Below, piece by piece: positions 27,446 to 37,106 of a stretch of 64,000 bases of DNA (position 1 is its first letter; each line of letters opens with the position of its first letter). Source of the stretch: Bacteroidales bacterium (GTDB lineage Bacteria; Bacteroidota; Bacteroidia; Bacteroidales; UBA10428); the NCBI GenBank assembly GCA_016931575.1, contig JAFGEO010000004.1, forward strand, positions 172-64,171, in the 5' to 3' direction. The notes beneath the pieces were generated by a model. The model was not told where the DNA came from and did no database searches. It saw only the letters and a list, made by a program, of their open reading frames with translations. The translations under genes were made by a program, and so were the position numbers.

Positions 27446-27826
27446 TTGATCCGGGATACCCCTAAACTCATAAAAAATATTCAGCCCCGACTGAACCCGG
27501 GGCAATATGTCTTTCATTGTGCACCCCGAAATCTTGATATTCCCGCAGAACAGGTAATATGTATGTTTCGCGAGCCGGAAGGCATCACCTATGTCCTGGG
27601 ACGAAAGCTGGCAGATGAATTGAAGCTGGAATATGACTTTGTTGCCGCCTGGATAACCCTGAATGTTTACTCTTCTCTGGAAGCCGTTGGGCTTACTGCC
27701 AAAGTATCGAATGCATTAGCTGCTGAAAATATCAGTTGTAATGCCATTGCAGCGTACCATCACGATCATATTTTTGTTCCTTACAAAGATGGAGAACGAG
27801 CTATCAGTATTCTCCGGAAACTGTAG
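27446..27826 (+). CDS. ACT-domain-containing protein (ACT_7-like)
   Basis: 126 aa with a TTG start. It has 'VGLTAKVSNALAAENISCNAIAAYHHDHIFVP', typical of the small ACT_7 proteins. Confidence 0.7.
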   Translation: MIRDTPKLIKNIQPRLNPGQYVFHCAPRNLDIPAEQVICMFREPEGITYVLGRKLADELKLEYDFVAAWITLNVYSSLEAVGLTAKVSNALAAENISCNAIAAYHHDHIFVPYKDGERAISILRKL

Positions 27827-27858
27827 TTGCCCATTCAAAGGGGCACATGCAAAATACC

Positions 27859-27884
27859 GGATGAATCCCTGCTTCATCCATTTT
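27859..27884. terminator. bidirectional intrinsic terminator candidate
   Basis: A 7-bp stem GGATGAA/TTCATCC (27859-27865/27873-27879) with a 7-nt loop. It is followed by ATTTTCC on the plus strand and by GGTATTTTG on the minus strand. It lies between convergent genes. Confidence 0.5.
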
Positions 27885-27901
27885 CCAAATAAAAGCCGGA
27901 A

Positions 27902-28489
27902 CTAATCTATGTCTTCCTCCGCTGTATCTTCTAAAGCTTTTAACCATTCTGTTGCCCTTCTTCTGACCACCTTATCAGAAGCACCCGCAGCCAGTTTTCT
28001 GAGTAATTCATTATCTCCCAGAAACTGTGCCAACTTAAACAACAGATGCTCATCCTTTATTTCTGATATCAATTGCCTGCAACAGGAAAAATCTCCCAGG
28101 CGAAAAGCAGCCATAAGCTTGTCCTTTTCAACCTTGGTGGTTTCAAGTATGGCTCTTAGCTGCTCCTCATCATCGATATAATTTGCAGCAATTTCCTTGA
28201 GTAGCATATCCTGACTTGACAGGACAATTTCGGCCAAGCGCTGTTGATCATCCAGCTCAATGGCTGCTTCCAGGCAAATCCTCTCATCAGAATGGTTTTT
28301 CAATTCCTGAAGGCTGGAATTTATTTTGCCCCGAACTGCAGATTCAAGTCGGATCCAGTCATCCTGGGCATTTTCGGCCAGAAATTTAAAAACACTTTCA
28401 TCTTTTATCTGATCCAGTGCCTGCATTCTTAAAGAGTAACTGCTTGAATTTCCGGCTATGACATCTATTAGATTTTGATCGGTTTTCAT
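27902..28489 (-). CDS. hypothetical helical-repeat (HEAT-like) protein
   Basis: 195 aa. It is all-helical and acidic, with repeated 'D..L....' segments. No family was recognised. Confidence 0.5.
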   Translation of the reverse strand: MKTDQNLIDVIAGNSSSYSLRMQALDQIKDESVFKFLAENAQDDWIRLESAVRGKINSSLQELKNHSDERICLEAAIELDDQQRLAEIVLSSQDMLLKEIAANYIDDEEQLRAILETTKVEKDKLMAAFRLGDFSCCRQLISEIKDEHLLFKLAQFLGDNELLRKLAAGASDKVVRRRATEWLKALEDTAEEDID

Positions 28490-28614
28490 AGTAAGGTACT
28501 TGAAATTAATAATTTATTTTATTAGTAATTGATAAGGTATGACAGAATTTGCTCATAGTATACCTGCCAACTCTTTTACAGAAATGTATGTTATTGATTT
28601 GTTTAAGGAGCTAT

Positions 28615-28965
28615 TTAACAGCTGAAGCGTGTGGGAGGGGGTAAATCCAGATCAAGAAGGACAATTCCGCAACTAATGCCTATCAGGCGATTGGTAAATA
28701 ATGCCATAGCATCTTGTTGAGTAATGCGAAAAAACTCTCTGCCTGGATGAAATTCAGCGGTACCGTCATCTTCATGTTCAAGTGCGGTAGCATTCTGGCT
28801 ATTATCTACTGTCTGAAATAAATCCGGAATATCGAAAGGCATCTCTACGGGTAAACCCGGCTGTGTAGAGGAGGTTCCGGTCACAAAAAAACTCTCCCTG
28901 GCCAGGGAAGCCTTAGCTGCAAGCAGGAAGAGTGCCAAAAGCAAAAATATATATCGCCGTTTCAA
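28615..28965 (-). CDS. hypothetical secreted protein
   Basis: 116 aa with a clear signal peptide, MKRRYIFLLLALFLLAAKASLA. No family was recognised. Confidence 0.45.
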   Translation of the reverse strand: MKRRYIFLLLALFLLAAKASLARESFFVTGTSSTQPGLPVEMPFDIPDLFQTVDNSQNATALEHEDDGTAEFHPGREFFRITQQDAMALFTNRLIGISCGIVLLDLDLPPPTRFSC

Positions 28966-29051
28966 TTCGCTGACTTTAAGCTTACAAAGTTACCAATCAT
29001 TTTAATAGGCTTGTACGAAATATTACGAAGTTATCCACCTGATCAACAACA

Positions 29052-29756
29052 TTATCCTAATTTACTGATCTTTTCAAGTTCGGGGACGTTGATTAACATG
29101 ATTCTCCTTCCTTCTGATCTAATAAGCTTTTCCGTATTGAATTTCTTTAAGGTCCTGATTGCGTTGGATGTTGTCATATTGGAAAAATGGGCAATATTAT
29201 CCCTTGTAAAGCGAGCTTTCAGTGTTTTCCCATCTCCCTCAAAGCCGAAATGATCCCTGAACAAGAGGAGGGTTTCTGCCAGCCGGCCCCGAATATGCTT
29301 TTGTGTCAGGTTTATGATACGGTTGTAATTAAACGCCAGTTCACTTGCCAGGGCTTTTATTATCTCTTTGGCAAACGCCGTATTAAGTTCAATGATCTTA
29401 TCCAATACTTTTTTATCGTAAATGATTATTTCAGATTCTTCAAGAGCAATAGCATTTGTGGTATGCATTTTTTCAGCAAATAAGGCTTTGTAGCCAACAA
29501 AACTCAGAGGCTTCACCAGACGCACTATCTGCTCTCGCTCACCGGTCCCCACCAAAAAAACCTTGGCACTTCCCCTCAGAAGATAAATAAGCCCGATGGG
29601 AGCACTGCCTTCCTGAAAGATCTTTTCTCCTTTCTTTAGTATTTTATTTATGCTTGTAGAGTTCAGCATAGCCATCTGGTCTTCTGACAGATTTCCAAAC
29701 AGGTAATTCGGATCATTATCTTTATTAAAGAGATACTCACTCAGGCTGTTTCCCAT
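29052..29756 (-). CDS. Crp/Fnr family transcriptional regulator
   Basis: 234 aa with a cNMP-binding beta-roll ('GEKIFQEGSAPIGLIYLLRGSAKV') and a C-terminal HTH ('RDNIAHFSNMTTSNAIRTLKKF'). Confidence 0.9.
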   Translation of the reverse strand: MGNSLSEYLFNKDNDPNYLFGNLSEDQMAMLNSTSINKILKKGEKIFQEGSAPIGLIYLLRGSAKVFLVGTGEREQIVRLVKPLSFVGYKALFAEKMHTTNAIALEESEIIIYDKKVLDKIIELNTAFAKEIIKALASELAFNYNRIINLTQKHIRGRLAETLLLFRDHFGFEGDGKTLKARFTRDNIAHFSNMTTSNAIRTLKKFNTEKLIRSEGRRIMLINVPELEKISKLG

Positions 29757-30035
29757 GAAAAATCAGTTTGTTATACCAGTACCGCAAATTTATAAATTCT
29801 TCCTGCAAGTATCATCCGTTAACTCCAAATATGCGGCTTTTTACCAGATTGCAGAGATGTTTTATGCCCCAACTCCATTTCTAACTAAAATTTGCCGGGA
29901 ACAGGCCTTCAAAAAGGTATTTGTTCAAGAACTTTCCTTTGTCATGAGCTAAAAGGATTCTCAAATAATACAATGGTAGCGAAGAAGTTAAAAAGAAGGT
30001 TCTCGAACGTATATTCGCATGGCTGTGGTACCATT

Positions 30036-31400
30036 CTACTCCGGCAATGCAGATAATACATAACTCTCCGGAAATTCTTTTCTGAAACGCGCCATGTCAT
30101 CAAATCCTGCTTCCAATGCTTCGATCAGAAAAATTTTGGATTCATCCTCCCTACCCTCCCGAAAAGCCAATAATGCAGAGAAATATAACATATCCGGATT
30201 TTGAGGTTCGACCATGCGATAGACTGCCAGGAGACGTTCTGCTTCCGGAAGCATGTTTTGCTGAAGGCTTGCATTTGTTAAAGAGTAACACAGTATTCCC
30301 AGATATCCTTTAATACGAAGATAAGCGAATCGTCTATACCGGTCATTATCCGAATGGATCCGGGCATCCAGTGTGCTGATCTCGTTTTGCCACCAGCTTG
30401 CATTCATCTGCTGCAAATCCCTGGAATATTCTTCACGCAATGCAAGTTCAAGTTTGATGCTCTGCGCCAGCAGGATCAACTCATCCGAATAACTTTTCTC
30501 AAATTCAGGCCGGGAACCAAAATCAGCTTCCCTGCTGAATGAAGTATTCATAGCCATTTTCTGTCTCAGTAATTCAGCAGGGATCCAATCCCTTTGCTCG
30601 CGCAGGGTGAGCATCCTCCCGAATTCCGCTTTGCAATAGGTTTTCAATTCATTTTCTGACAGACAGTCACCTTGTCTGATCCCGGATAAGAACAGATAAG
30701 CCATCGCCCTGGAGATGGTTTCCGGATCGGCCCATTCATGAGAATGTGTGGTCAATTCAATAATCAGTTTAGAAGCTGAAGGTTTGTTGTACAGATACTG
30801 AACTGATTCCAGAAAATTGAAATCTGCCATACCCACCAGACTGATCACAGGACAGTGAATTTTTGCCAGCTGTTCCGGACTGGTAAGGCCCCCCATGACA
30901 ATAAGCCCATCCGGAGAGTACTGACTTGCATAGTCCAGGCTCATCCGTGCCCCACCAGAAAATCCGGCCAGGTAGAGTTGATCATTTACCGGGAATTTAC
31001 TTTTTGCATCCAGGATGAGGGTATTCAGACTGTTCAGGTACCCGGGGAAATTATTCTTTATCAGATTTGAAGCCACGAGAATACAGGGGTATGAAATTGC
31101 GGCGGACTTAAAATAGTCCAGGGCATATTTTCCATCGCCGTGAGGACTCAGGATTACCACCAGGGGTAATTTTTCACAGCTTACTTCCGAATCAGGTATG
31201 TATACCTCGTAAGAGTGATCAGCTGCAGAAGAGCATGTTTCTGTTTTTTGCATTCCCCGACCCGTATAGCCTGCAGCTTTCTGCGTTTCTTTTTGTATTG
31301 TCAGCTGAGATTCAACCTGGGATGTGCCGGGTTTTGACTGCGGTTGGCAAGCAAAGCTAATAAGGACTATAAGAAGGCCTGTACCTCCGATTCTACACAT
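30036..31400 (-). CDS. alpha/beta hydrolase (esterase-like) lipoprotein with C-terminal TPR-like helical domain
   Basis: 454 aa. A lipobox-like 'ISFAC' lies near the N-terminus. The nucleophile elbow is 'GFSGGA'. The helical C-terminal half contains 'AERLLAVYRMVEPQNPDMLYFSALLAF'. Confidence 0.7.
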   Translation of the reverse strand: MCRIGGTGLLIVLISFACQPQSKPGTSQVESQLTIQKETQKAAGYTGRGMQKTETCSSAADHSYEVYIPDSEVSCEKLPLVVILSPHGDGKYALDYFKSAAISYPCILVASNLIKNNFPGYLNSLNTLILDAKSKFPVNDQLYLAGFSGGARMSLDYASQYSPDGLIVMGGLTSPEQLAKIHCPVISLVGMADFNFLESVQYLYNKPSASKLIIELTTHSHEWADPETISRAMAYLFLSGIRQGDCLSENELKTYCKAEFGRMLTLREQRDWIPAELLRQKMAMNTSFSREADFGSRPEFEKSYSDELILLAQSIKLELALREEYSRDLQQMNASWWQNEISTLDARIHSDNDRYRRFAYLRIKGYLGILCYSLTNASLQQNMLPEAERLLAVYRMVEPQNPDMLYFSALLAFREGREDESKIFLIEALEAGFDDMARFRKEFPESYVLSALPE

Positions 31401-31498
31401 AGACTATACAACTAGAAACAGCAATAATACGGTTTTTTCCAGAGCTTTTCAATCGGATGACCAATATGCGGACGATAAAACAAAGATGTCGGTATACT

Positions 31499-31564
31499 AA
31501 AAAAGAAGAGATCGTATCCTTCCCCTGACGAATTGCAAAATCAGGAATAAGTAGATCTCTTCTT
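31499..31564 (-). terminator. long stem-loop plus U-tract downstream of the methyltransferase gene
   Basis: An 11-bp stem AAGAAGAGATC/GATCTCTTCTT (31503-31513/31554-31564) encloses an inner CCTGA/TCAGG hairpin (31524-31528/31541-31545). On the minus strand the stem runs into CTTCTTTTTTAG. Confidence 0.5.
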
Positions 31565-31658
31565 GAATGCCTGTTTGAGTTGATTAGTTTTCTATGCTAA
31601 GGTATTTCATGTTCTGTCCCATGTCAAGTTAAACCCTGTTAAGGGTAGTTAATGAATG

Positions 31659-32231
31659 TTAAAGTCCAGCGAAATTAGTAAGCTCACAGGATCTCCCTCC
31701 GCTTAACCGGGGATATGCGGTAATTTCGAAGCCTGCCTTCCGGGCGTAATAAAGGCTCTGTTCCCATGCATCTTTGCTGACATGCCAAGCGGGTTCAATA
31801 AAGAGTATATGGCCCCCCATTTTCATTGTCTGCGCAACTTCAGCGAAAAGTTTTTCCTGATTGGGTACTTCGTGCACAACGTTCGCCAACAGACAAAAAT
31901 CGATCTGACCCCGAAGCTTTCCAATGTTCATGCTATCCATATCAGATTGTATACATTCAATATATTCCCCTAATTTCTTTCTTTTAGCATTTTCCTGAAG
32001 TTTCTCCAGCATACGTCTCTGGATATCCACCGCAAATAATTTTCCATCAGGAGCTGCCATAGCAGCCATTGGAATGCTGAAAAACCCCATTGCAGGTCCG
32101 ATTTCTAGAATTTTCATTCCAGGTTTCACGTAAGACCCCAGAATTTTAAACGGATTTTGTTGAATTTTCCGGAACCGGCTATTCATTACATAGCCTACCC
32201 AAACCGGGCAGAAGTGTGTTTTTGTTTCCAT
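31659..32231 (-). CDS. class I SAM-dependent methyltransferase
   Basis: Motif I is 'ILEIGPAMGFF'. I prefer the start at METKTHFCPVWVGY (32231) over 32273. Confidence 0.8.
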   Translation of the reverse strand: METKTHFCPVWVGYVMNSRFRKIQQNPFKILGSYVKPGMKILEIGPAMGFFSIPMAAMAAPDGKLFAVDIQRRMLEKLQENAKRKKLGEYIECIQSDMDSMNIGKLRGQIDFCLLANVVHEVPNQEKLFAEVAQTMKMGGHILFIEPAWHVSKDAWEQSLYYARKAGFEITAYPRLSGGRSCELTNFAGL

Positions 32232-32363
32232 GTTTTGGCTTTTGGTGATGTAAAGATGAACACGCCTTTCCAAAAATAAATGCCTAAATCGGTAAACGAA
32301 GGAATAAAACAGGTAAAGACTGCTCCTGGAGCGGTTGCAATGCCGGATGTAAGTTTCATTCTG

Positions 32364-33032
32364 TTATAATTCCAGCTGACGGAAATCGGTAATGATCTGA
32401 TCAATAAAACTAAGCTGCGAGAATTTTCCAGGTTTATCGTCGTTGCTGACCGCTACAATCCTGGCAGCTCCGGCATTTTTTGCAGCATGCACCCCACCGA
32501 TACTATCTTCGACAACCAGACATTCGCTCATGGGAAGACCAAGCCTGTTCGCAGCAGCAAGAAACATATCCGGAAAAGGTTTTCCTCTGAATTCCCCGGT
32601 GTCATATACAATCTGGCCGGTGTCGAACCACCGTCCAAGATCAAACATCCTGATAAAGAAGGCTACATTTTCAGCATTGGATGCCGTTGCAATAATGCGT
32701 GGTATGCCTAAATTCGTGAGCCTGTCAAGGAAATACTCTGCCCCCGGAGTCAGTACACATTTATCCGGATTCTGAGTGCAAATTTCCCGGTACTGGGCTT
32801 CCTTCTCCAGCGAGTAGCTTATAATCTCTTCACTGCTTAAATCCCTCTTAAAAATATATTCCAGTATTTCCTTATTGGTACACCCATGCACATGGTATTC
32901 CAATTCCCGGATCCCAAGTGTCTTCGCATACTTTCCTGAAAAGCTTTTCCACGCCTGATTATGAAATTCAGTATCGAAAAAGAGGGTGCCGTTAAAATCA
33001 AAAATAACAGCCGAAATGAGAGGTGGTTTCAT
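32364..33032 (-). CDS. HAD-family hydrolase (beta-phosphoglucomutase-like subfamily)
   Basis: 222 aa with motif I 'AVIFDFNGTL' and the C-terminal 'VVEDSIGGVHAAKNAGA'. Confidence 0.85.
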   Translation of the reverse strand: MKPPLISAVIFDFNGTLFFDTEFHNQAWKSFSGKYAKTLGIRELEYHVHGCTNKEILEYIFKRDLSSEEIISYSLEKEAQYREICTQNPDKCVLTPGAEYFLDRLTNLGIPRIIATASNAENVAFFIRMFDLGRWFDTGQIVYDTGEFRGKPFPDMFLAAANRLGLPMSECLVVEDSIGGVHAAKNAGAARIVAVSNDDKPGKFSQLSFIDQIITDFRQLEL

Positions 33033-33048
33033 TGATCAATTCTTTTGA

Positions 33049-34851
33049 CTATTCATTATCCTGAGAAAAAGCCTTTTCCTCATCCCTCTCAATGCCCACC
33101 GGATTTTCTATGAGCGGTAGGAGACTGGTTAGAGATTTTCTGTAGGATTCTATCTCAACCTCCTTCAATAATACAGCTTTCGGAACAATAAAGCTCGAAG
33201 GAATTCCTGAATTCCCCACCCCGGAGCCCTGTCCGGAAGGTAAAAGGGTATTGTGCACCAGAACCTCATCCGAGAATATAGGTGCCCGCCGGAAGCTATG
33301 CCTGCTTAGATTTCTGAGCTTCACAGCACGGGTCAGGATTTCTTCCCCGGTATTGACATCTATTTTATAAAAATTAATGGGTTTATCTGATCCGCCGACA
33401 TCCAGCGATTTTATCATAATGGCATAGTCAAGGCCCAGTTCCTTTGCCTGGGAAATCAGCTCTTCTTTCAAAGCAGCGACAGGCATGGTATCGGTTGCTG
33501 ATATCCTGATCACTCCGGGCCCAATGGCTTTTGTCAGGCCTCCCTGGGAATAATCAAAACGCATATGTCCGTTTGAATTCGGAACTTCACGGGATGGTGT
33601 CCGGCCATTCAGGAGGGTTTTCAATACTCCGTTTTCAACAAGCACAAGTTTCTCAGGTGGAACCACAGCTTCGGCATCGACTTCAAAATTCCCCAGCAGT
33701 TCGATTCCTTTGTAAGTTCTCAGAAATGGTTCTGCCGTTATCGTCATATTTTTCCCAAGTATGGGTTTGCCAACTTTTGACTGCAGGCTGTTTTCATTTT
33801 CCGCATAAAAAACACTCCGCTGATTTCCTGATTGCAAAGTCTCGCGATTTGCTATCAGGGCATCATTTCCGGAAAACAGGAATCGTTCTAAAGTTTCAGC
33901 AGCAACTTCACCAATAACCAGTACCGGTCCGAAATAATCTTCTTCAAACCGAGGTGTTTCCCTAAGCTTGACAAGATTGGAAATCATTACTTCCACCTCC
34001 TCCCCAAGTTTGTCCATGGTGGGCCATTCAGAAATCTTCCTTGTAACATAGACAATATCACTGCTAAGGTTGTCGCTGTCATCGGCCATGGTACTGGCCT
34101 GAATAGTTAAGGTAGCCATGCAAAAAGGAAACACTGTCTGGCTACCTTCACTGTTTACAAAATAAACTGTCGATTGAAAAACATTCATCTGAACCGAGGA
34201 TGAAAAGATCTCCGGGTAATCCCTAAAAATGGCAGAAAGCCAACGGGCATTCTTTTCCAGATCTTCAATATTGATCTCCTCAGGAGTCGAGGGAATTGTC
34301 CTTTTTATAACAGGTTCACGGCTAAAGTCATCAATCTGCAGATCCGAGGCTAAAATTTGCTTGTCCTCAATCAGGGCCATTTTGTTTTTATAATTCCGGC
34401 TCGCAGAAAAAAACAGGTTATTCGTCGTTAGCCAAAGCGATCTGCGGATCCCATCATAATCGGCATCAACAGGCATAGGGATCTGGTAACGGAAAACGGC
34501 TTCATCCGGTTGAGAAGAATAGAAATTCTCGTCGTTGATCTTGTAATCCCCTGCCATCAGGCGTACATGCCAGTCTTTCATGCTATTTTTACCGGAGTAA
34601 TTCAGGGAACCTAATGTAGCGGAGATATTCACTGTCCGAACATCAGCAATGGTATAGCCAATGAAAAACGGGCGATCCATATCTTCCGCATAGAGTTCCG
34701 TAAAGTTCCGCTGCAATTCGTCCTGCATGGCAGAAAGGATTATCTTGTCATCGCTTGTCTGCGTCCAGGCAGATCCGCCTATAAAAAGCCCCAGCACGAA
34801 AAGGCAGAAGAATCCTTTTGCTCTGCGATATGTATCTGTTCTGTTTTTCAC
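33049..34851 (-). CDS. exported TldE/PmbA-like protein (non-catalytic partner)
   Basis: 600 aa. The N-terminus 'TYRRAKGFFCLFVLGLFIGGSAWT' looks like an export (possibly Tat) signal. The C-terminal half resembles TldD/PmbA but has no HExxxH. It overlaps the upstream TldD gene by 4 nt. Confidence 0.75.
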   Translation of the reverse strand: MKNRTDTYRRAKGFFCLFVLGLFIGGSAWTQTSDDKIILSAMQDELQRNFTELYAEDMDRPFFIGYTIADVRTVNISATLGSLNYSGKNSMKDWHVRLMAGDYKINDENFYSSQPDEAVFRYQIPMPVDADYDGIRRSLWLTTNNLFFSASRNYKNKMALIEDKQILASDLQIDDFSREPVIKRTIPSTPEEINIEDLEKNARWLSAIFRDYPEIFSSSVQMNVFQSTVYFVNSEGSQTVFPFCMATLTIQASTMADDSDNLSSDIVYVTRKISEWPTMDKLGEEVEVMISNLVKLRETPRFEEDYFGPVLVIGEVAAETLERFLFSGNDALIANRETLQSGNQRSVFYAENENSLQSKVGKPILGKNMTITAEPFLRTYKGIELLGNFEVDAEAVVPPEKLVLVENGVLKTLLNGRTPSREVPNSNGHMRFDYSQGGLTKAIGPGVIRISATDTMPVAALKEELISQAKELGLDYAIMIKSLDVGGSDKPINFYKIDVNTGEEILTRAVKLRNLSRHSFRRAPIFSDEVLVHNTLLPSGQGSGVGNSGIPSSFIVPKAVLLKEVEIESYRKSLTSLLPLIENPVGIERDEEKAFSQDNE

Positions 34852-36554
34852 TTTTCTGTCTTCTTTTTAGTTGGATTAGGCAATAAGGGCGACTTGCTCT
34901 CGTATTCAGGGGTTTTTTGTGTTTCAATCTTCTCCACAAATATTGCAGGGGCAATAGTTGAAACCGGAATATGCCCTGATTCAGCACCACAAAATCCGGT
35001 GAATACATCCTGCTTCTTCCCAGCTGCGAGAATGTTCGAGAACATGGTCAGTGGCGTGCCTATGAGTTCCACCCCAATTACCAGCTCGTCCGGACGACCG
35101 TCTACATAAATCCGGTAAACCTCGGTAGGATTTATGTTAAAAACATTTGCATTATAGCGATCCGTGAAGGTTAGTCCTCCAACAACCTCCTTAAAATAAT
35201 ACCCATATTCCCTGCCTTGTTTTTTGCAGGCTTTGATCAGCATTTTTCTAAGGTCCTCATCTTCCAGGCCCCTGCTGCTTTCAATGAGCAGGTTTGATTG
35301 CCGTGATACGGGTGCGTAGGATGCCTGGGCACGACCATGCCCATTGGAACTGGTGAATTCCTTCATAGGGCGTCGTGACATCAGGAAGCTTTTAAGTAGT
35401 CCGTTTTCCACTACCTGAACCCGCTGAGCTTTCACCCCCTGGTCATCGTACTGGTATTCACCGATCAGGTATTGTCCATTCCACTCCTTTAACCCGGGAT
35501 CCGAAATAACCTGAAAATGCTTTGGCAGCACAGCATCACCCACCTTTTCCTTAAAGGTTTGTCCGTCATCGAAACTTTGCAGCCGGTGCCCTTCGATCCT
35601 GTGCCCAAAAATCTCATGGAAGAAGACCCCCGCTGCTGCCGGGGATAAGATAGCGGGCCCGGCATAGGGTTCAGCCAGTGGTGCCTGACGCATTTCCGTT
35701 AATTTCCCGTGAATCGCCTTCAGTTCCTTCAGGATAACATCATGTGCCGGCAATTCCGAGGCCGTTCTTGCTGTATAAGATTTCCGAAGTGGTAAAACGG
35801 TACCTTCTTTATGTTGAATCGCCACCATGAATTGAACCTGGGCATATCCTGTGTTCTGAGCGATCCGGGTTCCTTCAGTTGAGACAAAGTATTTTCTTGC
35901 CTGCAGGATGTTCAGACCTGCTTCGCAATGAAAAATGAGCGAATCATCCGAGAAGACAGCTGTATAATCCTTCAGGCGATCTGTCCAGTATTCCTTGTCA
36001 ATTGCTTCCTGAATTGCCGGTTCCTCCACATACACGCTGGGCTCTTCTTTTGAAAAATCGGGCAATCCGGTATCGTTACGTGTTATATCCTCATTATTTT
36101 TCAGGGAGGAATATGTGCCGGCTGCATTTTTATAGGCTTTATCTGTAATTCTCCAGAGCACCTGTTTTATAGCATCGGGATTGTCCTCAAGCGGTAAAAT
36201 AGCGGAATAGACTTCCATCTGCTCAGGCATGGCATAGTTGCCTTTAAAGTCATGGGTATTGTCAAAGTCATACCCTCCCACACGGACCACAGCAGTTAAT
36301 CCTCTGGACCTTGATTCGTTTTCTGCCACCAGGCTGCCAAAAGAAACCTTGTATGCCCTTGCCCGGATATCGTCTACCCTGTAATCAATGTAGTAAGGGG
36401 GAGTCTCCAGTTTTGACAAGGCATCCATTTCCCTGTTAATTTCTTCCGATAAAACCATCAGAAGCTGATCGTCGGCTGCCCGTAGTTGCGGATTGCCGTA
36501 ACTGATCAGGGAAAAGAATACAAAAAAGAGCATACTATTTTTTTTTGTTCTCAT
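34848..36554 (-). CDS. exported TldD-like metalloprotease
   Basis: 568 aa with a signal peptide, MRTKKNSMLFFVFFSLISYG, and the TldD zinc motif 'HEIFGHRIEGHR'. Confidence 0.85.
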   Translation of the reverse strand: MRTKKNSMLFFVFFSLISYGNPQLRAADDQLLMVLSEEINREMDALSKLETPPYYIDYRVDDIRARAYKVSFGSLVAENESRSRGLTAVVRVGGYDFDNTHDFKGNYAMPEQMEVYSAILPLEDNPDAIKQVLWRITDKAYKNAAGTYSSLKNNEDITRNDTGLPDFSKEEPSVYVEEPAIQEAIDKEYWTDRLKDYTAVFSDDSLIFHCEAGLNILQARKYFVSTEGTRIAQNTGYAQVQFMVAIQHKEGTVLPLRKSYTARTASELPAHDVILKELKAIHGKLTEMRQAPLAEPYAGPAILSPAAAGVFFHEIFGHRIEGHRLQSFDDGQTFKEKVGDAVLPKHFQVISDPGLKEWNGQYLIGEYQYDDQGVKAQRVQVVENGLLKSFLMSRRPMKEFTSSNGHGRAQASYAPVSRQSNLLIESSRGLEDEDLRKMLIKACKKQGREYGYYFKEVVGGLTFTDRYNANVFNINPTEVYRIYVDGRPDELVIGVELIGTPLTMFSNILAAGKKQDVFTGFCGAESGHIPVSTIAPAIFVEKIETQKTPEYESKSPLLPNPTKKKTEK

Positions 36555-37106
36555 AGTGCTGATATAAATGCTTTGCTAACTTGCCAGACCGCGCAGAATC
36601 CACCAAGTTATCTATTACAACGCAGATTTCAAATGGTTTGTTCTACTTGTTTTCAAAAGAATTGTTAAAAGTGCAACCCTTGGAAAATACAGATCAAAAA
36701 GAATACCAAAACCTGTAAATGTCATCTTGTTGTACCGGTTCTTATGATCTTAAACGGACACATTCTCAAAATCCGCAACCCAAAAAGATCTCCTGACATC
36801 CCGGGGTGTAGTCGGAAGTAATTCCTACCGCTATCTATCCTGGTAAAGTGAATCAGGCAAAATCAAGCAGGTTTACCTCAAGTTCTTCAGCAGAGGGCGG
36901 GTACCGGTATGAATCTGCTCCAGCCATTACATTGGCCTTCCTGCTATGCGCAATATTCTCCATTGTTATTTTTCTATCCATCCTGATGAGCGATTTATCT
37001 ATGGAGTGGTGATAAAAATCATCAAATATCCTCAATTAGTCAACAATACTAATCAAAAGTATGCTAAGCGCGTAAAGAGGAATATGAGGATACAAAAAAT
37101 ATAAAA

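Noticed and set aside
29755-29952. A 65-aa plus-strand ORF in the esterase-Crp spacer, and a TTTGT-N12-GCAAA dyad at about 29765-29786 considered as a Crp/Fnr site.
   Set aside because: The ORF translation looks random and begins inside the Crp start region. The dyad has non-canonical spacing and only 4 of 5 half-site symmetry.
32364-33032. The HAD hydrolase has 'DFNGT' rather than the usual 'DxDGT' motif I.
   Set aside because: This may matter for the catalytic mechanism, but single-residue variation at the +2 position occurs in several HAD subfamilies. On its own it is not evidence of anything novel.
36853-37035. A 60-aa minus-strand ORF in the long gap upstream of the first DUF1987 gene.
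   Set aside because: It has no motif, no signal or TM feature and several internal Met alternatives. I cannot support it as a CDS from sequence alone, so it is mentioned only in the finding.
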